A stretch of DNA of 64,000 bases from the NCBI GenBank assembly GCA_030704615.1, contig CM060731.1, positions 56,172,001-56,236,000 on the forward strand, read 5' to 3'. The translations under genes were made by a program, and so were the position numbers. The notes beneath the pieces are model-generated. The model did no database searches, was not told where the DNA came from, and saw only the letters and a list, made by a program, of their open reading frames with translations. Shown piece by piece: positions 13,200 to 24,285 of this stretch. The DNA is from Takakia lepidozioides (lineage: Eukaryota; Plantae; Bryophyta). The stretch's first letter is position 1. Every line of letters begins with the position of its first letter.

Positions 13200-16122
13200 C
13201 TATGTGAGAAGAAGGTGCCCCGGGGGCACCTATAGGTCAGGGAGAGACGAGCCCAGAGGTACCATGGGTATGATCCATGGGTACCCAGTGAGTACCTCCG
13301 GGCCCATGGTAGCTGGGTTGGGGGGGGGAGGGAGGTATTGAGATTCGAGTTGTCGTTTGTTGGTGATTATAGCTGTAAGAGAGCAGAGTGTCGTGAGGTA
13401 TATGGCTTTGAAGCATTTGTGGATAGGGGTGATAGGAATTTTAAAGTTTTGTGAAGCGCGGAAATATTGGTAGTGTGGATGTCTCCTCTGGTGCCAGCAG
13501 TAAGTGAGCCAATGTTCCAGCCCCGCCAGCGGATAGCTAAATGGGAGGGACAATATATTTTTGTCGTTTCGAGGATGGAGAAACTGGGGTCGCGGTCATG
13601 GCAAAATGTAAATTCAATGAAATGTATGGTAAGGGCTGGGGTGGGGGCAATGAGTGGAGGGAGTTTATGGACTAACAAAATGTTCGGGCATAGTTTAGCG
13701 GGGCATACACAAGAGGAATGTGGTTGGCATTCTCATGGGAGCAACCATGTGGGTACAGTATGGTCAGGAGGAGGCCTTCCTTGATAAGTGTCTGCATTAA
13801 TAAATGAGAGCCATGTATCCCGTGTCGCATGGATATAAAGCAGAATGGGCAGTGCGGTGATGGGTGGATATGTGGCCAAAAGATTTGTGTATGCTGGTGA
13901 CCCATATACTGGGCCTACCTAAATTTAAGTGTTTGGCGTATTTGTGCATTAGATGTGACTTTGGTGTGCCATAAATGTGTTTGATAGTTTATGATGGAGT
14001 ACAGTGGAATGTGTCCATTTTCTGGATATACATTTTAGTATGGCTGATAGAGGCTGTAGCTTGGTTGTTGGCTTCTCGGGTTATGATAGTCAGAAGGTGG
14101 TTGCGGATTGGCCGAGGTTCGGGGGGGGGGGGGGGGGGGGGGGGGGGTGGTCGGGGTGGATCATCCAAAATAGGTGGGTGTGTGCAGTGGATGGGATTTG
14201 CCGGGGGGATCAACTGGTGGTTGTGCAAACCATCAACTAATTGAGCAAGGGCGTCGGCCTCTTCATTGCTGGCAATGCCCATATGTGAGCGGACTTTGAT
14301 TAGGTGGATTGTGTTATTGATGGAGGTAGTGAGGTTAACGATAGCGGAGATGAGGTTCCGGTCTGGGTGGTGGTGGTAGGAAGTGAGGCAGGCAAGGTGG
14401 TTGCGAATTAGAAAGAGTGAGGTAAGACTATCCATAAAAATGAAGTATGGTAGGGGGAATAGGGTTAGTTGAGATAGAGCTTCAATATAGATAGCCATGA
14501 GTTCTGCGCGCAAAATGGTGGCGGGGCCTGGGAGTCGATGAGCAGTGCCTTTGTTAGTGAGGGTTAGGGCGCATGTATGTATGTGAGCGTTATCTGGCTC
14601 GGGAAGGTGTAGAAGTGTTTAGACTTGCCTAAGTATAGATGGTATCGGCCATGTGGGCTATGGGTGATGAAGTGGGGCGAGTGATAAATATGATAGAGTA
14701 TCTTAAGGTTTTGAGGGCAGGTAGGGGGTGGCAGGGTTTTGTGGGTAGAGAATTGGTGGACAACATACGAAGTAGAGTAGCTTGTAGAAATTGGGTAGAT
14801 AGGGGAGATATATTGGGTATAGTATGGCTGGGGAATTATATACATATACCTTGGTCAGGGTATATGTTGGGGACGGGAGGTGGATGGGGTTACAGATAGT
14901 GATATTTTTAGTTGCATTGGATGAAATTTGTTCATCCATCCGTGCATAGAGAGTTCCCTCGTAGATAAAAGTATCACTTTTGTATGATAGGTAGTTTTAT
15001 ATGTGAGTTAATGAGGGTTGGTACATATTTCTTGTGGGCGGTTGGATGGTGTGATGGCGAGGGGCAGAGAGAGGCATAAGTCATTTTGTGGTGGTGATCA
15101 AGTGCCTTCCAGTTTACGAGGGCGCCGGTATAAGTTAGGTATATGGGCACCGGAGGTGAATGCAGAGATGCGTGATTGAATAATGTAATTGCATAGAGGG
15201 ACACAGAGTATCATGAATCGCGACATGGCGCTGTTCTGGGAGGGAGGAGGTTACAAGATGATCACTTCATGCGGAGAGTAAAAGAAGTAGGCACATAAGA
15301 AGAGATAGAGGAGGAGGGGAGAGTACACGGATACGCCTGACAACTCTGCTGCATGGAGGACGTAGTTGGTGTTTACGCATTGGTGTCAGGACTTAGTGAG
15401 GCTACGGTCACTATCATATCTTGTGGTTACCTGGACTTAGAGGGACCTAAGCACCAGCTAGGGGGGCGATTGTGGTGGACTAGTGACTGCCATAGTGGGT
15501 AGCCCTAACGACTGACTAGTGACAGCCTAGTGGTTGGACTAGTGGCTGGACTAGTGGTGGACTGGTAGTATACTAGTGTGTGGTCTGCACATGTATTGTG
15601 TGGTTTTAGACAACGATGTAGTTGTGTAACGATATGTATGCGCACGACAGCTGTCAAGTTATTTCACCACTAGTGTGAAACTAGCTAGGAAATAACTAGC
15701 TTTTACATATTGACATTTGGGATTGGCCCAAGTGTCAATCCAGGGGTCAAAGCAGATTTAGGCCCTGGAGTGGTTATCTTCACGGCAAAGCGTGGGAGGC
15801 TCATCTTTCTCACCGCGCCTAGTTATGGCGCCGTAGTGTGGATTCCCCATGGCGTGGGGTGCACTTGGCTTGACTTGTATTTGATTGACGAGTTTATATA
15901 TGCATGAGTTTATGCTTCAGCTTTGTGAGCTCGCATGAGCTTGTGCTTGTATTCTTCTTCTTTATCATTGTGGTGGACTAGTGACTGCCATAGTGGGCAG
16001 CCTAACGACTGACTAGTGACAGCCTAGTGGGTGGACTAGTAGTATACTAGTGTGTGGTGTGCACATGTGTTGTGTGGTTTTAGACAACGATGTAGTTGTA
16101 TAGCGATATGTATACGCACGAC
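13200..16122 (-). mobile_element. Internally deleted non-LTR retrotransposon with RNase H, zinc knuckle and restriction-like endonuclease (Dualen/RandI-like)
   Basis: RNase H at 14513-14240 (RAELMAI..FMDSLTSL..IKVRSHMGIASNEEADALA). CPFC knuckle at ~13850. RLE-type region CVCPAKLCPNIL..IHFIEFTFCHDR..K.Y..RGW..TAGTRGDIH at ~13720-13470. C/A-rich coding strand. No RT recognised. Confidence 0.6.
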
Positions 16123-19100
16123 ACATTTGTCCAAACGTGATCTATTTGAGATTGGTAATCGGCTGTGTGTTCTAAAAAAGTTAATCGAAATTTGTGGTTA
16201 TGCATGTAATTTTGAAGTTGTATTTTTTTAGGATTGTTTCCTAACAAGTCAATGTTGAAATCTCCAATGAGTGTTGTCGGGCAATGACGTGGTATCTTAC
16301 GATTCATGCAAGTGTAGTAGAAAGGGCTGTAAAGGCATTTGAGGAGGTTTATATACTGCAATTATGTGAATTGCTTTTCTTGTATGAATGTTAAATGTTG
16401 CTGATATGAATTCAGTGCCATTGTGTACATGAGTTTCATGGGCTTCTAGTTTCATAGTTTGGTCGTACAAAATTGTTGTGCTGTGATTGTCGTAACAACA
16501 AATGAATGAAAATTTATAGTTATTGGTGAATGCGGACCAATTTGGATCTGAGTGAATAACATTTGTTTCATTGAGACATAATATGTGAGATGTTTGAAGG
16601 TTGGGGTCAGAATTTATGTCTTCGTAATGTTGTTTTAAAGATCGAGTGTTGAAGGGTTTAGGGTTTAGGGTTTATGGTAGAATTAATTAAGAAGGAACGT
16701 CATAATTATTTTATAATGGGTATTGTTAAAATATATTTTGCATTTGTTCGGAGGTTTTCCATTTCATTTGCAACTAGTTTGTCTACATGAAAGTTTTTTG
16801 GTTCAAGTGGATTCAATAAAAATAAATGTTCTTTTTGACGTATTCTAGACTAAGCTGTATATGTTAAGCCGTGTTTTGTTACACCTTTGGGATCAAAAGC
16901 TAATCTATGAAGTGTGAGTCCTTGTGCTCGATGTATTGTTCGAGCTGCCGCAAGTTGAATGAGGAATTGTAAACGAGTGATAATGTGTTGAGAATTATGA
17001 CCTATTTGAATTTCTTTTGCTTTGGCTGTTATTGGAGTCCAACTTCGTGCTACGTCATGGAACGAATCATATAAATTGGAATGGACAAATCTAGTTTCTT
17101 GACCAATTCTTGCATCATGAAAATTGTATCCAAATTAATTCGGAATGCGTTTCGGATGTGGTGACGTGTTTGAATGTATCTTCTGCTCCATTTACTAGTT
17201 CATCGTGTGTATTATAATTACCGGCACATAATTCAATTAACATATCACATTTTATTTGAAGTTCTGTGTGTAATCCAACTGTTTTGTTTGGATCATTTGG
17301 TAATTTTATGTGATGCGGGCAAGTTTCATGTTGTATGTCAGTTGCTTTGAAAATGTATATTTGGCCTTTTATTTGTTCAAATGTGTATTGGTTATGAGCT
17401 CGAACTAGTTCATTTCTAAAAAATAAGTGTGGAAATGTTGGATCAAATGGAGGTTTTCTGTAACATAATTTATTTATTTGTCAATGTCCGCTTGTGTTTG
17501 TTCAGCTGTTCTGAATTTGTTAAGTATTTCAATGAATTTTTGATCAGTTTATCGCATCACTTGATGCAATTCGTAACATTTGATTTTATCTTGCCAAAAT
17601 TTATCTAGTCCATCTACTTTTGGCTTAAAAACCCATGAGTCTTGAATTGGTGGTGCTTGGTAAAAATCTCCGGTAATTATAACATCTAAATTGCCAAAAA
17701 AAAACTATTATGAATGTGTTTAATAGATTTTAATCTCGTCGATGAAAGTACGTATCCTGTTTCTAATTAGGGAAATTTAATCTAAAACTAATAATTGTAC
17801 TTGGTCATATTGTTTCATTAAACTGTCTCGACGTTCGTCATTTAAAGATGTTAGTCCATTTAAAGCTTTATTTAAAGGTATTGCTAAACCTGGATGGATT
17901 GTTGTTCCATTCAAATGTTGTGCTGCACGAGACAGGGCTGCTAGGCCGAAATGCTCCATCAACGGCAGCAAAACATAAGTCAAAAGCTAAACGCGGCTTT
18001 TCCGGTGTATGCCATTTAAGGGTTTTTTGTTTCAAAGGATCACTGTTTTTATTTTGTTTAGTGTACCAACGAACAAGGGCTTGTATTATAACCATTAAAG
18101 TGAAAGTTTTCCCTGTACCAGCTCCTCCTGTTAAAAATAAATGTAAAGGTTTTTTAGGGTTTGTTCGTTTTATGTACATAACATCATCAAATATTGCACG
18201 CTGCTCATCATTTAATGTACGGACCATTGCAAAAAAAACTTGACGATGGTAAAATTTCATTTTTTGATGACATTGTATTTGTTTCTAAATTTGTGATGGT
18301 AGAAGAAACGCGAGGATTGATTTGGCGTTCTCATGACACATCATATTTTTCAATTCCAAATGTATTAGTAAGGGGAATTTGAACGTGAGTGTTGTTATTT
18401 GCATCTTGAAACATATTCATCCATACATTATCATTGTTTTGTTCTGCAAGGTCGTTGACAATGTTTTGTAAATTATGCCAATTTTGTAAATTTGTGTTGT
18501 AAAATTTTGAATGTGTATTTATCACAAATTTGTTGAATTGCAGTTTGTTTCTCTGTATATGCATCATGCCAAGTTATGTGATTGTTTTTTTTAGATTGTT
18601 CTAACCCCCGAACGTTGATTTACGTTTGCGTTTGAAGTTATTAAGGTTATATTGAGCAACTGTTTCTGCAAAACAAAGCTGTTCTAAGAAGTTTGGCCGA
18701 ATCAAAACCAAATAAGCTGCTAATTGTGCATACTGTTGCGCGTTTAAAAAAGCATTTCCCATTTTTTTAATTCTTCGTGTTGCTTCAGTTTGTTCAATTT
18801 TACATTTTTGATGTATAGTTTGAAGCTCACGCGTAATTGATTTGTCTACTTTTGTTAAATATGATGTGCAATATCCAGCAGCTGCATAAGGATCAAGAAT
18901 AAATTGTACATCAGTGTTTGCTTTGCCATAATGGTGCAGCTCGTTTTCCAAATGCATTAGTTCTAATGTCGATGGGATTACGCGGAAGAATTTTTTTTGG
19001 TTTTTTTAATTTGCTTCGTAGTGCTATCAGATAAGTTTCCTCATCAATTTGTAATGAACAAAGGAATTCATCAAATGATATGTTTTGACCCATGTCCATT

Positions 19101-21390
19101 TCTTGTAATTTATTAAAAATATTTATGATTGTTTTGTGAAGGTTATTTTGTTCTAAAGTTGTTGGGGTTAGTGGAGTTAAAATTTGTGTTTTTCGCATCG
19201 GTGGTAGTGGATAATGAAATTGGCAAATAGGTTGGTGTTTCTTTCGACAAGTTCGTGTATGTCGATGCAATTGTGACTGACGCATATTTTCATTCAAGAT
19301 GGTATAATCACAACTAACGTATTTATCTATAAAAGTTTCTATTTCTGAATTTGTAGAGACACCATATGTAGGTGGTCGTGTTCACTTCCACAACTTTGGA
19401 ATTCAGTAACAAAAAAATAATCTGAAACTTGTCCAAACAATGTTTTGTCTTTTTTAATTAGTTTTCGAAAAGAAGACATGTGATGATGATAATATCTGGC
19501 ACATGTTATAGGATCAGATCTAATGAGATCGGTTACGATTTTAGGCTCTAATTTATCAACACCTTCAATTGGTATTGATTTATTAGCTAATGTATATAAT
19601 GTTGTAATTAGGGGTTTCCATTTGCTTTCAGCACTTGTGAATATAACTAAAAATGTAGGTGGACCAAGTTGGCGTATCATTGCAAAAACTTGTTTGCGTA
19701 GTTTCTGTAAATAATCTGGTGATGTGTGTATTCGTTCTAGTTCTCTATATCCTAAATCTGATCGCAAAATAACATCTAAATTAGGTTTATTTTGAACTTG
19801 TTTTGCAGTAAGTTCACTGTCCTTGTAGTTTGGCTTTTCGAATTTGTATCCATGAAGATGACAATACAAAATGTATTAAGATTTTGATAGTTTTGAAAAA
19901 TAAATTGGGTATGTGATATGCAAAGTTTCGCTTTTTTAAAGTGAGCTCATGTTTTGCAATCATTTGATATGTTTGTTTTTTTAATAATTCAGATGACTGT
20001 TGATTACCAAAAAACAGAGTTGAAAAATTATATTCTTTGCTGTGTTTGTCTCGGAATAGTCCTAAAGGAGCATAATGTTCACTTGGAGCGACTATGTGTA
20101 TGTCGTGAACATGGTCAAATCAGAATTGAGAAAGTTTTGAATTAAAGAATCTGTAGGGTTGTTATCATCCGCTTCTTCAAAATCATCATTATGGTATGGT
20201 GATTGATTTATTTTTGTGCTTTCATGTTCATGCTCGTCATTTTCATGTTCATCGTTAATATTAGCTGGTGTGAATTCATCAGCCCAGTTTTTGATAATTG
20301 TTGCATTGGCTTTTTTATATAATGGAGTTTCACAAAGATCATGTAGCGCTTTCATGACCATGTTTGGGCGAACGTAACCTGACATGTATGGTGATTTATA
20401 TTGTAATTTCCGTTTAATTATTAAAGCTATTGTTTCTTCGTCATGTGGAGTTCGTGGTAAAATACATTGCATCCGATCCACGTTAGCAAGTACATTAATT
20501 ATACTTCCACGTAATCCAAATTGCCCAAATCCATTTAGTTGATAAATTTGTGTAAATGCCATTCGTGGAGCTATTATTCTTTCTTCTAAACTATTCAAAG
20601 TACGTTACCGAAGCAATTGTTTTAATATTGGTAATGTATTGCCGCATTAACACGTTCGCTTCGTCGTCAAATTTATCATTATCAATGCCTTTTTTACATT
20701 TTTTACATAAATATTGAATTTGAACATTTTTTTGTGTCAGGAACAGGCATATAATTTTGTAATACTTTTGAATGTGCAGTAGTCATTGTTATGATTTGGT
20801 ATCTAAACCACAATCGTTGAGCGAAACATTCATGTTTAGGAGTGTCTTCAATGTCTTTCCTATGTTTTTCAATAAATGTTTCGTTAATTTTTTAATTTGA
20901 TTTTAAATTATGTTTCTTTTTTAATACGAGTATATGTCTAGAAATTTTAATTGGTCTTGAGATTCCATTAATGTATCGACTATATTTTTTGTTGTTTGAT
21001 TGGGAATACATTTGATTATGTCCATTAAAATTTCATCTAATTGTTTTGTCCAATGAAATCGTTTTGTGATTTTTTGGTTTATCGTGGAGATTGGTTTATT
21101 ATCGTGTCTATGGAATCCATGTGTTGGCAAATCATTGTTGGGTGCATTTGTTTCATTCACATTGACTATTAATGTGTTGGTATGGCTAGTTTTTTTGGAA
21201 GAAGTGTTGTTATTGTGCTTTTCACGTTTTCTTAAAATTTGTAAATGACGGTGTACTTGTTTAGAATTCAAATCCAAATTTGGATATAGATTCACAAATA
21301 ATTTACCTATGTTTTGAGCGGTTACATTTATATTGTTTGAGAAATTTCAAGAAGTTTAATGTTTAATTCATTTGTCCATTGAAATCGATT
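16123..21390 (-). mobile_element. Degenerate endonuclease-bearing Helitron (Helentron): Rep + Pif1 helicase + AP endonuclease
   Basis: Helitron Rep motifs FAMIRQLGPPTFLVIFTSAESKW, VTEFQSCGSEHDH, QLHRHTRTC and DVQFILDPYAAAGYCTSYLTK. Pif1 Walker A LTGGAGTGKT at ~18130-18105. APE motifs LIGDFNID and IDHVWTN at 16280-16125. Very AT-rich with many frameshifts. Confidence 0.88.
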
Positions 21391-21391
21391 G

Positions 21392-21836
21392 CTGTCGTGC
21401 GCATACATATCGCTGTCCAAACCACACCACACATATATGCACAATAAAGTAGTCTGCCACAATAGATAGAAAATCTTCGAACACACTGTTTACACAAAAC
21501 ATGAAAACCAAACCATCACTCTTAGAAATAGTAGTCGAGCCAGGGGCACCCCAAGCTATGGGGACTCCACCCCACAACAACCTACACTCCCATCATGAGT
21601 ACACTCAGATCTAAACGCATGCAGGAGCTCGGTCGCGCAGGCTCAACTCGAGAAAGATGAGCCGCGCGACTGCCGCTCTCGTGAAGATAAGACGGACCAG
21701 GTGTCAAACTAAACTTGACACCTGATTTAACACTTGACCTAAATCCAAGTGTTAAATACAAATAACTAGTTTTATTCTAGCTGTTTTCACACTGTGCTTA
21801 TTTAACTTGACAGCTGTCGTGCGCATACATATCGCT
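21392..21836 (+). repeat. Second, diverged copy of the 5' module found at 15628-16122; continues at 33081-33480
   Basis: Shares GTCGTGCGCATACATATCGCT at both ends, GCACCCCA.GC.ATGGG, GAGAAAGATGAGCC, CGTGAAGATAA and two hairpins with the reverse complement of 15628-16122. Confidence 0.75.
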
Positions 21837-22200
21837 ACAAGGGTGTTGAGTAGAAAAACATTTGTTGTGAATCCACTTTGGATAATGTGAGTGTGCACCT
21901 GCTTTCCAGCTTCCAGACCTTCCATCTTCATGCACTTAAGCAAGAGACAGACATACGTATCTGAATTTGCTGAAATGCCTCCTTGGTTTGAAGTCTGTAG
22001 AGCCTCTGTCAGGCTGCCTGCCGCACAAAGTATCTTCACATGCCCAGAAGTGCCAGAAGAGGCATTGTGGACTCCCTCTCTTGATCCTCTTTCAGAAGTT
22101 GTGGTCATGGTTGAGGTGCCTGATTCTATCAACTGTGTCGCTGCAGCTGCTGCCTTTAGTTGACCATCTACCCATGTAGGTTTATTGTCCACCCACACAC
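21837..22200 (-). pseudogene. PPR gene 5' fragment
   Basis: ORF 21752-22198 encodes a PPR N-terminal region and the repeat YVCLLLKCMKMEGLEAGKQVHTHIIQSGFTTNVFLLNTLV, cut off at 21837. Confidence 0.8.
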
Positions 22201-22599
22201 TATCCCTGCTCCTTAGTTATCCATGCATCTGCACAAATCATACATACATCCTTGCCTTGCTGCTATCACCCAACTCAACTTATCACTCTAGTTCCTATCC
22301 TCAATTTCATCTGCTATTCTCTGTAATCCAACAGGCATTCACCTTTTGCCTCCATTGTCCCACCATTGACTGGGGTCAGAAAAGTATTCATTCCACAGCC
22401 TCTCCTCGTCTCTGTTACCTGTTTCTGGATACTTCCCTGTTGTCACATTGGCAATATCATGTCAAAGTCACTCCAAACTATCAACGGTTCACTCAACCAG
22501 CTAACTTGCAAAATTCAACATGAAAATTTAGGGCCGATTGTGATAACAGGGAAAAACAAGGTGAAATGTTTTGAAATGTTTTGAAATGATGATGATGGC

Positions 22600-22755
22600 T
22601 CAACGGCTTCCAGAACTTCCATCTTGATGCACTTAAGCAAGAGATAGACATATGTATCTGAATCTGCTGAAATGCCTCTTGGTTTAAAGTCTGTAGAGGC
22701 TCTGTCAGACTGCCTGCCGCACAAAGCATCTTCACATGCCCAGAAGTGCCATTCT
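22600..22755 (-). pseudogene. Third short copy of the same PPR 5' fragment (frameshifted)
   Basis: GTSGHVKMLCAAGSLTE..GISADSDTYVYLLLKCIKMEVLEA, near-identical to 21905-22055. Confidence 0.75.
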
Positions 22756-22791
22756 CTACGATCCTACAAAAATGCCACGGGCTTCCATTAC

Positions 22792-22900
22792 CTGACCCTT
22801 CACTTTCAGATTAATGTGACCTCCCCCCCTCCAAAGGCTTCTTCTCCTCCTCGTTGTGAATTTCTTCTGCATTGTTGGTGCTATCCTCCACACCAGCCAT
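22792..22900 (-). pseudogene. SUMO: Isolated first exon of a SUMO gene
   Basis: ATG at 22900 gives MAGVEDSTNNAEEIHNEEEKKPLEGG, then a +1 shift in a G7 run gives GHINLKVKGQ followed by the donor site CAG|GTAATG. This is the typical plant SUMO exon 1. No downstream SUMO exons were found. Confidence 0.75.
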
Positions 22901-23065
22901 GATTCCAGCAACCACACCTAGCGCACAAAGGCAGACGCGCACAGAGACAACGAGCGAGAAAGAAGCAGCGGCGCGCGCGCGCGTGAGTGACAAGTTCGGG
23001 CAGTTCGGGCAGACTTGACAGAATTTGACGACGAAACGTGGCGTGGCACTTTGGCACCCTATTCC

Positions 23066-23640
23066 TGCTCTACGCTAAACTAGCTTCCGACCTTCGGTCG
23101 TCGCTAGAATTTTAATTTTGATTTTGATTTCACATGCAAATATAGTGTAATTTTATGTTCATTTGTTCACTTCAATTCCAAAATTTATTTCCTCACTTGT
23201 ATTTCAATTTGAACTAATTAGTGACATTCTAGTGCCTTGATAAGACAATGATTTCGAAGTGTTTTGGAAATTGAAATGTATTCTTTGTTGTAATTGTTAG
23301 AATTTTATTTCACCTCTATTCGTTTATTAATAATATCATAATGTACAAACTGTTTACATATTTGCATGGTCCCATTCATACATAATTTATTTTTCATGTC
23401 CAAACTATGAAAACCTCCATGCAATAATTAAAATGAATAGTCTTGACATTGAACTTGCTAAATTAGGGTATCAAAGAATACAAAATTACACGTACATTGT
23501 AGGAGATTGTCTTTTTGATGCTATTGCATACATATTGAATTTGAATGCAACAAATAAAATTACCTCTGGTATAACATTAAGACAACAAAGCATGAATCAT
23601 TTGAATAATGAACTGATCAAAGGCAGCACCAAAGCTTTGT
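23066..23640 (+). mobile_element. Helentron-like terminal hairpin followed by an OTU-like cysteine protease fragment
   Basis: CTAGCTTCCGACCTTCGGTCGTCGCTAG stem-loop followed by T-rich sequence. The AT-rich ORF 23433-23642 contains the OTU catalytic motif VGDCLFDAIAY. Confidence 0.5.
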
Positions 23641-23826
23641 GAAGGGATAGCTGACAGTTTCAGGGCGCGCAACACTGATGGCACTCAAAGTGTGCTCTTG
23701 CTAGCATTTGGAACGCTCACTATGCCCACATCTGCAACCAGCTTCAGCTCCCAGTCCACCCACATTTCTGCACCCTCCTCGCCATTTTCGGCCATCTGAG
23801 GAGTCTTGTTGCGACCAGTCTTGAAG
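23640..23826 (-). pseudogene. Fragment of an organellar Obg GTPase gene (Obg-fold/G1 junction)
   Basis: [60 protein letters not shown] matches the plant plastid Obg sequence [27 protein letters not shown]. Confidence 0.8.
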
Positions 23827-23940
23827 GTAGTCTGTGAACTTGCAATCTGTGAACTTGAGCCAGGACCTCGTGTGTTCAAGGTCTCCTAGTAGCTGGGCCT
23901 TGCGTTGCTTGTTAGCCTCCCATGGTTGTATCCACTCCCA

Positions 23941-24084
23941 CTATCCAATGCATTGTGGACATAACCAATCCCCATCTGGAACCATCTCAAGAGGTGGAGT
24001 CAAGCACCCCATATGCCAACCTCTAGAGCATCGATCACACACCAGCATGGTGGCTGCCCCTTTAGCAGACCCACACAATATGCA
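23941..24084 (-). CDS. PHD finger at the C-terminus of the Gypsy integrase
   Basis: CILC..MLVCDRC..WHMGCLTPPLEMVPDGDWLCPQC is a C4HC3 PHD. It is in frame with the integrase tail across a single TAG at 24286-24288. Confidence 0.9.
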   Translation of the reverse strand, partial: CILCGSAKGAATMLVCDRCSRGWHMGCLTPPLEMVPDGDWLCPQCIG

Positions 24085-24285
24085 CCTCAAACCTGCAGAT
24101 ACCACTGCCAGGTTTGGGTCAATCCTGCCATCGACATTCGGAAGGTGACATGGCGCACAATTACGCACATGGTCCTTCCAAGTTATGCCATCCTGACCCT
24201 CCAAGACCAAGACGCCTGAGGGCAAGACCTCTCGAACCCTCAAAATAACACGTCCTGCAGTCACATCCAGGGTCGTAGGAGCAGT

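Noticed and set aside
14120-14147. Poly-G tract producing polyproline or polyglycine ORFs
   Set aside because: Simple homopolymer expansion within a decayed element.
16656-16673. Telomere-like TTTAGGG repeats
   Set aside because: Only about two units, inside the Helentron. Too short to call an interstitial telomere.
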